DNA of 64,000 nucleotides, from NCBI RefSeq assembly GCF_006345805.1, contig NC_043000.1, forward strand, positions 141,918,001-141,982,000, written 5' to 3'. The stretch comes from Octopus sinensis. Lineage: Eukaryota. The position numbers were made by a program, and so were the translations under genes. Below, piece by piece: positions 54,544 to 64,000 of this stretch. Position 1 is the first letter of the stretch. Each line of letters opens with the position of its first letter. The notes below the pieces were generated by a model, which saw only the letters and a list, made by a program, of their open reading frames with translations, was not told the origin of the DNA and searched no databases.

Positions 54544-54557
54544 AATATATATATATA

Positions 54558-55222
54558 TCATATCTATAAAAGGCATGATGTGTGTGCGTGTGTGTGTGTG
54601 TGTACGTGATTGTAATTTATGAACATCCACAAATTAGCACGCATGTCGCCCAAATTTTAGGAGGTCATTTGTCAACACCCTATCTGGGTTTTGTCAACTT
54701 ATTTTTTCCCGAGGCACCCACGGATAGCGTAAAAATCTATTTTCAGCCATAGCTTTTAGCCATAAAATATATCAGCCATACCTTTTTCGACGGTGTCTAA
54801 AAAAATATAAGATAAAGAAAAGTGGAGGAAGGAGGCAGAGTGTTTCATGGGAAAGACAAAGTGAGATAGGGAGAGAGAGTAAGTGAGGACGTTCATAAAA
54901 AAATTTAAAATCTTTTGTTTTTTCTTAAACACGAGATATAGTGTTCACATTCAGGATGTTTTTGAAAGACACTATATTTTATAATCATAGTTTATATACT
55001 TTCTCACACAACAATTACAATATATTTATTGTAAATCGTTCATCTTTCTCCCCGTCTCTGTCACACACATTACTTTGGGTGCAAAAGAGTTTTGTTTTTA
55101 TTTTACGCTGAGTAAAAAGTGTTTTTTGAGAGTCGATATTACTTAGTTTGGTTTTAAATAAAGAACTTGCTTAGCTTAATAATCGTAACTTAATCCCGGG
55201 CAAGGCCAGGTTAAACTGTTAG
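54558..55222 (+). mobile_element. Non-autonomous Helitron
   Basis: A|TC 5' end (TCATATCTATAAAAGG), subterminal CCCGGGCAAGGCCAGG hairpin-like motif, TTAG|T 3' end (CTAG variant). Confidence 0.75.
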
Positions 55223-58200
55223 TATATATATATATTCTCTTATTGCATTCATGTTGCCCATGCTGCAGGTGGAGGTCACATCGAACCCTTGTAAGAAAAG
55301 AAATAAAAGTTGATTGTGAGTAAATACTTGAGACTTAGCTGGATTATTCTATTGCTTTTCCTTATTAAAATATTACGTAATGAAATCGGTTTCTTTTTTT
55401 TGAATAACCCTGTATATATGTAAAATATAATTGTGCCTATCGTCCTTTGTGAGACTTTAGTATCAAACAAATTTAATTTAGATTAGCATGGCTGCGATAT
55501 TTCTTCTCTGCTGTAATTTTTATTGTCACCTGTGATGACATCGAAAAATATCACCGCTCGTAATGAATTAATTATGGGAGGTAATTGTCACTGAATTTTT
55601 AAAACATTACTTACATTGATATACTACAAAATTTATCATTTCGTTTTTCTCCGCTGTTTGCTATTTGATATCGTTGGATACTTTTAGAGGGAGTGTAACG
55701 AGCCGGTGTTAACTAATGCTCAGTATTCACCATATTATTATTAAAAGGAATGCGTAAGGAAAACCGTCTCCCTTCTCCACATTTTAGAGGTTATTGCTCT
55801 TGAAAACAAACTGCATGTGCTTAGCTGTCAGAGGAAATATTCAGAGGTCATGCTATTCCCATCATGAATTACAAATTCATTACTTTTTAATTTGCTGATT
55901 CTTAAACAACAGTCGCGAGAAATGAAAGGTCTTTCACAGCAACCATTACTCTTGAAAAGTCAGTACAGTGGCAGCTCAGCACTTGAAAAATAACCCATAG
56001 AGCGTTATTGAGTGATGGACCTATGAACTACCTACAGTGACTGAGGTTTGACCTATGAACCAACTACAGTGACTGAGGTTTGCACCAATCGAACACCGAA
56101 GGTACTTAGGATCTAGGAGGTTGTTACGACCTGGGTTGGCGGTCTGAACCTGCATATCTCCGTAATTTTTACTAATACAAGTAGCAATTTAAATGGCAGA
56201 ACAGAACGTACTTCTCATAATATTTCTAATACTGTTATAAAGAGGTAAGCACAAATATATTTGTAGACATGAAAATATATTTCAATGCCCACAAATTGGC
56301 TGAAGGATACAGTGCCAGACACGGAAAAGTGCAGAACCATAATTATACTAGGAATATAAACTTCCAAACACAAACATTTGTAGTCACAAGTAAAAACGCT
56401 CAAAAATAATGAAAACTGCAAAAATCACAAAAATAATGTGCATATTTATGAACTCATCAAAGGCATCTGTAACATATGTTTACTCGCGTTGCTGCTTAAG
56501 AGGAAATACTGAGCATTAGTGAGCTCGAGACCAAAGAGAAATATAAAAATTACTTAGAGAAAATGTATGAAGAATTGGTTCAAGAAATGGCAGAGTAATT
56601 GGCTGCGTGGGGAGAAAGCGGGATCATGCAGAGTGATAGGGATCAGTATAAGCTATACAGACACATCAAGTGCAAATGGCATAGAAGAAGGTTAAGCTGG
56701 GTGATGCTGCCGCTTTCTTCACGGCCATACAATCACACAGCTTACTATTTTCTGCATGGTTATAGAATAGAGAAACAGGATCACTAGGCGTTGAGCATCA
56801 CCGGGAGTAATGGCTGACGAATTAAGGGAACATATCTCTTAGGGTAAGTCCAGCTAGTCGGTCTTAATTTCATTTCATCCTTTACTGCGTTGCCATTTTA
56901 CGAAGTGAATGAAGTCTAATCATCTTTCAAGAGAAGGAAAAGAGAAATTGAGTGAGGAGGAGACGGAGAAGGAGGATGAGCTGGAGTTAGAGGAGTTTGT
57001 TGTTGTTATTGGTTGTTGTGGTGAATGATCATGATGATGTGGAGGAGGAGGAAGAGGAGGAAAAGGGGGAGTTAGATTCTTGAAGTCATTCATTAATACA
57101 CTCTTCATTCCCCGTTGTTGCTTGCGCATTATTGTTTCTTTTAATTAATATACAGAAAAGGAAAACAGCTGAATGTTCAATGAAGGAAAGAACTAAGAAG
57201 AAGATATGGGCCGAATGCAACAAAACAGTATTAAATAATGCTGACAAAACTATAACAATAATAGTCTACTCACGGTTTGATCTACACAGAATATGAGGGA
57301 GAGATGTGTTTCGATATATATATATATATAAACTAAGCTATCTATTCCTGAGGACTTACCGTCACTGAACTATAGACAGCCACCAAAACATTTGCATCAC
57401 ATTCTAGTAGGTGCCAGACGTTTTCTGTTCGGAATAAAATTCATAGATACATTAGCAATGCCTGCTGAGCCTGTTCAAACACAAGGAAGGCTTCAAAAAC
57501 GCTCAGTGCTATTCAGTATGATAGCAACAGAGAATTATGGAATTATTTTGAAAATATTTGTTGTGTGTAGGATAGATCTATTACAGATCTTTCGCTGAGA
57601 ATTTATCTCCACAAAATTCCAGCCCTTACCTGTGCGCGATAAGTGCATTTACGAAGCAGATTTCAATCGTGTTATCAGCGCAGCTGACGAAAGGAACGTG
57701 TAGACACATTATTGTATCGTTACACTCCAACCTAATAAAATGTCATCTAGATGTTTTAGGAATTGATGGCTGCTGTTTTCTCACCGTTCACATGTGAGTC
57801 CATTGTGATAATCAAATACCGGACATCCTTTAACTTAGCTAGTCAGAATTATTTCTTCTATCTTGTGGCATGGCAATAAACATCCTGTAGAGAGCAATTC
57901 TGAAAGCATTGGGAGTAACTTTTCTTTCGTCGATTCTCAACGTTTTTAATTTGGTTTCGATAAGTAGATGAAGTAATGCAGGTGAATGAACTAACAGTAA
58001 ATCACTGTATCTGGATGCCTCAGAGAATGCATGTCTAATATTATTAGTAACCTGTTATATTGCAAAACTACACAGTAGCAGTATGTTGTACGTGATTATA
58101 TGTATGTGCGCGCATGTATGTATGTGAGGCTCTCTAACACATGTCTATATACGACCATCAGGTGTGTGTCCGTGTGCGAGTGTACACATGAGTGAAGGTA

Positions 58201-58471
58201 TTTTGTGCATCTTAGCTGTGTATATGTGTGTCAATGCATGTCCTCTTCCACTTTATGTGTGAATACAAGGCATATGTTTGTGCATACTTGAATGTGTGTA
58301 TGAAGCAACTGAGTGCTTGTATGATTGAACGTATGTCCCTTTTCTCTTATTTTACCGGACAATGTAGGTGTGTTTCTGAAGCCAATGTTTTCGTGTATAC
58401 CTCGTACAGCTGTGTATTTGTATGTAAATTCTAGTGTGAGTACACGTAATGTGTGTATGAAGCTATCTGAC

Positions 58472-58516
<45 letters not shown>

Positions 58517-58560
58517 TAGATAAGAAAGTTGGTTTGTGAAAGCACGTGGTTGAATATATG

Positions 58561-59536
58561 GAAAATAGTAAAAAGTGAAAAAACTACAGAAGGCTTGTTT
58601 TAAAAGGTTAAAGAATATATATTTAAGTCAATATGTCTGAAGAATATTATAATTTTTTTTCCCTTACAATGACATAGTTTAGAAGAAAGACCGGTTTCGC
58701 GTTTAACTTTTCAAATTTCTTACGTCGTTATGTTTATGTTGAGGAGAGTTATCTTTATGTTTATGTTGAAAAGAGTTCTAAATAAGGGGAGGTAATAAGT
58801 GATTTCTTCCGGTGTAAGGGAGATAATCGCTTAATTTTTTTTTCCTTTCCTTTGGGGTGAATTTCTCTGTATAAGTATGTTGGAATGGTTAAGTCTGGGC
58901 TTGTACTTTTCAATAAAGAATGTTTCCTTGTTTAGTCTAGGAAAGGAAAAAGAAGTTAAACGATTATCTCCCTTACACCGGAAGAAATCACTTATTACCT
59001 CCCCTTATTTAGAACCCTTTTCAACATAATAATAATAATAATTGTGTACAGTGCTCAGGTGCACTACAACTCATCTAAAGTGTATATATAATCAGGTGTA
59101 GTTTCGGCGGATTTCGGAAAGCATGAGGGCCTTAAAAGATGCAGTCTCATGGCAGTCAACAACTGATGCAGGCAGTTTATTCCATGCTTCAGCAACTCTG
59201 AGCGTGAAAAAATGTTTCCGAAAGTCATGAGAGCTGTATTGTTTTCTGACTTTGTAGGCATGTCCACGTGTGTTAGACACATGGAGATCAAAAAGGTGTT
59301 CAGTGTTGTTGTTGGTGAGGTGGTTGATAACTTTGTGGGTTACGATAACTCTCCTCAACATAAACATAACGACGTAAGAAATTTGAAAAGCTAAACGCGA
59401 AACCGGTCTTTCTTCTAAACTATGTCATTGTAAGGAAAAAAAATTTATAATATTCTTCAGACATATTGACTTAAATATATATTCTTTAACCTTTTAAAAC
59501 AAGCCTTCTGTAGTTTTTTCACTTTTTACTGTTTTC
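58561..59536. mobile_element. Foldback element with about 290-bp arms, right arm split by a LINE fragment
   Basis: 58561-58753 is the reverse complement of 59344-59536 (about 98%). 58761-58851 pairs with 58939-59029. The loop is 58852-58938. Confidence 0.92.
59030..59343 (-). mobile_element. CR1/L2-type LINE 3' fragment
   Basis: NTRGHAYKVRK...RKHFFTLRVAEAWNKLPASVV...FK is the CR1-clade ORF2 C-terminal signature. A short (ATT)n tail follows. Confidence 0.9.
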
Positions 59537-59699
59537 TATATATATATATATGAATATGAGTATGTTGTGTCATGCTGAACTCAAGCCTTGGGGGAATAAA
59601 ATTGAGAGGCACGGGAAAGCGTAGGTATATGATTATATATCTACCACTTGATGTGTGGCGATGGATATGGAAGCTTCGATGTAAGTGGGTATGGCATAG

Positions 59700-61135
59700 G
59701 AAACGATCTATGTGTCGTAGAAAAAGGCATGTGTGGATGTGTCTGTACAGGTATATGAACGTAAACTGTTTGTGAGACTAGGGAATGAGTTAAACAGTCT
59801 AGAGTAGGTAAATATGGAGTAGAAATGGAGGAGCAGAGGGAAAGTAGCAAGTCCGTGGTAGGTATAAATGAGTGTATAGGCGGTGTTCAAATGAAAAAAG
59901 AATAGTGAATTTAAAACATGAGTGGTTGGAGTATGGAGAGAGAAAGTTAATTGCTGCTGAAGACGGGAAGAGAAATCCATTGACCCGCGCAAGGTCAGTT
60001 CGAACACAACGAAATGTTGCAGTGAATCACCAGTAGAGCAGAAATGGCGCGATGCAAATGTGATATTTCTGAATCCCATGTCTTGAAGGTATTTAACAAA
60101 ACAATCAATCGGCATCGACCAGTTTTACCAATATATTGTAAGTGGCAAAGACAACAGAGAATGCAGGAAATCAGATTACTACATATTGAAGTGAAGGAGG
60201 GTGGATGGGCGGTCAAAAGACCAGGCATGGGCGAGAGCAGCTTGAATAGCAGTAAGTGAAAAGGTGAGCCATGAGACGGGACTGTGTCTATTATACATGG
60301 TTGATACTTCTGAGCCTGGATAGACAGAGAAAATGAGAATAGGGATGAAATGTTTGGCGTGCCTCAGTAGCATAGAAATGAGTAGTTGTAGGCTGGAAGT
60401 GGATAGAGGTTGTAAGATTGGAGTAGTTGATGGCAACGGAAATATCAAGGGAGTTAATAGAAGCGCTGAAGACAAAAATGGAGTATTCAAAGGTGACTAG
60501 GAAGGAATGGTTGAAAGCGAGGAAGGACTCGATTTGTGAGCAAGAAAGTGAAGTCAAGCTGATACAGTCCTTGACGTACCGACTGTATAGCTCAGGAGTA
60601 GGGCTGGCAAACTGAGGATATTTGGAAATGAACATAGTGAACGAAGAGGTTCGCACACTCGGGGCCCATACTCTTCCCCATTGTCGCTCCGCAGGCCTGA
60701 CGGTAAAACTCGCCTGCGAACGGGAAGCATATCAAAGATACAGCCATTTACGCCAAACGGGGGTGGTTAGTCATGTTAAGGTGAGGATCATCACGTAAAG
60801 CCAAGAAAGTTTTAAATGAGTGAAGGCTTTCATTATGAGGGAAAGCAGTATACCGAGATTCGACGTCGAGAGTGGAACAGGGTCGAGAGAGTTCAGGAGA
60901 AGAAATTAAAGAGACGAAGAGCGTGGTTGGTGTCGTGAATAAGGGGAAGGATGACACAAGAGGGTGAAGACGATGTCGACGTATTAGTAATTTCAGTAGG
61001 GAAGGTAAAACCTGGCAGGGGTGTGTGGTATCCGGACAATGAATATGGAAGTGGTGTGCGATAGGGAGGCTGAGGATGTAACTTCGATTGTAGAAGAAAC
61101 GATTTGTTGAATGCTAGACGTGGGGTCGGAGTTTA
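59700..61135 (-). mobile_element. Degenerate Penelope-like element (second family), RT + GIY-YIG
   Basis: DPT..Q, RFYLP, LDVESRYTAFPH, GATMGKSMGPECANLFV, RYVKDC (YVDD position), SLDI, then NLISCILCCLCHLQYIGKTGR and RHF (GIY-YIG). Confidence 0.88.
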
Positions 61136-61320
61136 CCGGACATGAAAGCAATGCATCTGTATTCTGCTATTGACAGGTTGATTATGTTTATTAATTAGAA
61201 TAGTCTATTTCATCTGCAAATTTCTAGTAAGCTATATTATCGTTATCCTTTAGAATCCCTAGAAATTATTTATTGTTGGAGGTGGTGTTATACTGTTCTT
61301 ATTTTCTCTTTATCTCACAA

Positions 61321-61717
61321 CTTGCAGTATCGCCCTGCGTTGCTCGGGTTTGTTTCGACCCTTTAGAATTGGAATTTTTGGAAAGTTAAAAATGTTGCAC
61401 CATGTAGCTTGTTATTCTCTTTAAGTGAACATTATTCTGGTTGAAATACACCGAAAAAAGGCGACACAGCAGTAAAAAAATCGTAAAAAATAAGGATTTT
61501 CATAGAAAAAGCACCTTTTTGATGTAAATAATTTTTATAGTATTAACATGGTCCGATTTGAATTTTTTCTTCTACGGAAGGAAGAGCGAACCTTTTTCTA
61601 TCATACTCTCAAGTTTAGTCTACTTGCGCCGCAGGGTCTCGGAGGAGATAGTGATAGTTGAAGGCTACCAAACCTGCCATACACATACAAATTCAGTTTT
61701 ATACATATATATATGGA
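61321..61717 (-). mobile_element. Non-autonomous Helitron
   Basis: Minus strand A|TC 5' end (TCCATATATATATGTATAAAACTG) and 3' CCCGAGCAACGCAGGGCGATACTGCAAG|T (hairpin plus CTAG variant). Confidence 0.75.
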
Positions 61718-62079
61718 TTATACAAGAGATTTCATTCTGTATGTAGGAATGTATGACATCATCCTGTCAGTCTCTCCTTATCCCATCTCCTATTCCTTTA
61801 TATCGGCGCAAATCCAAGTTGATGTCATTATATTTTCTCTTAACACACGATTTTTAAACCTGGGATATTGATATAAGTTAAAAGCGCAAAAACGTTATTT
61901 TCATTTTGCTTTTACTTTCATTGCTATATTTCCAGCTTGCTTTGTAGTGTCTTCCTAAACACTTTAACTCTATTAGTCTATTTCACAATACCTCATATAA
62001 ACTGTATACCTTTCTTTCTCATTCACACCCATCTTTATTTCTGTATATATATATATATATATATATATTTGTATGTATA

Positions 62080-62121
<42 letters not shown>

Positions 62122-62125
62122 ATAT

Positions 62126-62169
<44 letters not shown>

Positions 62170-62741
62170 AATATATATATATGCACATATACATATATGT
62201 GTATGTGTGTTTGTCTGAATGTGTGTGTGTATATGCGTGCTCGTCTTAACACACGTTGATAGGCAACGTCATAAAGAATCTCCACAGGCACTGTGTGTTA
62301 GAAATGTGGCAAGCTATTCCGTTTGAAGAAGTAAATTGTTAGACAGTTTGTCTGGTAATTCAGTTTAGAGTGCCACACATGATCTGATTTGCCATTATTT
62401 CACAACGATAAAAATCTATCAAGAAATCAAAAGTATGCTGTTAGATAAATCAATCAGTTCTTTTCATTTACGATTTCCAAAAGAAATACCTCATATGAAA
62501 TGAAATATTAGTTTGCATTTCTTTTTATTCCTTTAAATTTTCTTTATGAGAAAATTAACTTAAGTAGAGAGAGAGTACCCTAAAGCTGTATAATTATATT
62601 GGAAATATAATTACTTCATAGCAATCAGAGCGAATAACAAGTGAATGTTAATAATAGGATAGAAGTGTTACAAAGTCATTTCGTTTCGCATATGCGCCAC
62701 AAATCATCGTGGATTAAACATATATACAAAGGAAAACGCTC

Positions 62742-62795
<54 letters not shown>

Positions 62796-62974
62796 AAATA
62801 TATATGCTTATATAATCATACACACGTTGTTATGTTATCCATATATTATAAGTATTAAGAATTGTAACAAACGCATACTCATACTTGTATGTATATATGT
62901 ATGTTTACATGCATAGATATATAATAGATATATAGATACATTCATATATACAGGTATACAAAGAGAGCGAGCGT

Positions 62975-63679
62975 TGCAAAGCGTTTAGAGAGGAGTAAAA
63001 ACCTACAGAATTGGTCGCTAGAGCAGTGGAAGAATGTTATTTTCTCGGACGCGTCATTGTTTACCTTATTTCCGACCATCGGCCGAGTATACGTGAGGAG
63101 ACAGCCAAACGAAGCATTTGACTCAGATTGCCTTCTTCCAACTGTTAAACGTGGTGGAGGATCTGTGATTATCTGGGGGACTATATCTTGTAAATCCGCC
63201 GGCCCAATGGCTTCCCTTTGTGGCATAATTAATAGGCAAGTCTATTTAACAAATTTATCTATCAAAGTCATCTTATGATTGCGGAACTGTTTCCGGTGAG
63301 AAACTCAATCTTTCAGGATGATAATGCACCAACATACACAGCTAGGGTCGTTACTGAATTGCCCGAGGAACATTCTAGTGAAGTTGAACATCTAATCCGA
63401 TCACCACAGTCCCCAGATCTCAATACTATTGAACATTTATGTTGGATTTTAGAAAAAAAACATGTAAGGAGTCGATATCTTCCACCATCATCACTACAAG
63501 AATTAGAGACAGTTTTAGCTAAAGAATAGAAAAAACTCATTCTGGAATATTTCAAACTTTGTACGAGTCCATAACTCGTAGAATTCAAGTTGTAATTACT
63601 GCCAATGGCGGTCCTACCCAATATTAAAATAAATCTGCTTGACATTTTAAGGTATTTCCATTATTTTGTCCAACCCCTG
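62975..63679 (+). mobile_element. Tc1-like transposon, 3' half with one TIR (same family as 49342)
   Basis: KRLE..KNLQNWSLEQWKNVIFSD, FQDDNAP, SPQSPDLN. It ends GGTATTTCCATTATTTTGTCCAACCCCTG|TA. Confidence 0.92.
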
Positions 63680-63866
63680 TATACACACACTATATATTCA
63701 TTCTTCACTCATTTATTACTGTTCTTATTCTATCTCATTTCCATTGTCCAAAAATATTTCGTCATACATCTGTGAACTCTTCAGCGATGCTTTCTGTCTT
63801 GGTTTGTGCTCTGGCTATGCTTTTTCAATATGTTCTTCCATGAGGTGTATACTTATATGCGCATGA

Positions 63867-63908
<42 letters not shown>

Positions 63909-63949
63909 TGTGTGCGCGTGTGTTTCATTGTTCTTAGTACCAATATGAA

Positions 63950-64000
63950 CCTATTTCTTTATTACCCACAAGGGGCTAAACACAAACAAGGACAGACATA
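63950..64000 (-). mobile_element. Family C SINE 3' end, cut by the window edge
   Basis: CCTATTTCTTTATTACCCACAAGGGGCTAAACAC matches the reverse complement of the 22446 copy's tail. Confidence 0.8.

Overview
AT-rich, microsatellite-dense eukaryotic DNA, most likely an Octopus (coleoid cephalopod) genome. That assignment is inferred from the tRNA-derived SINE families and the repeat landscape. I can support no host protein-coding gene, and nearly all ORF-track ORFs are microsatellite read-throughs or transposon fragments. The window is a stack of mobile elements. (1) A near-full-length R4/Dong-type RLE non-LTR retrotransposon (12777-17007, minus) sits in a (TAA)n array. It has a near-identical 291-bp tandem duplication at its 5' end, and its ORF breaks are almost all 1-2 bp indels in homopolymer runs, so it may really be intact. 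Several older relatives are also present. (2) Two convergent Helitron RepHel fragments and three non-autonomous Helitron pieces. (3) Two Penelope-like elements, one with an inverted partner. (4) Two Tc1 3' halves in inverted orientation whose identical 34-bp TIRs bracket about 14.3 kb. (5) Two long foldback elements (about 272-bp and about 290-bp arms), one interrupted by a CR1-type 3' fragment, and a twin-hairpin locus at about 37.5-38.0 kb. (6) About 20 SINE copies or fragments from at least three families. All alignments and identities were made by eye and are approximate.
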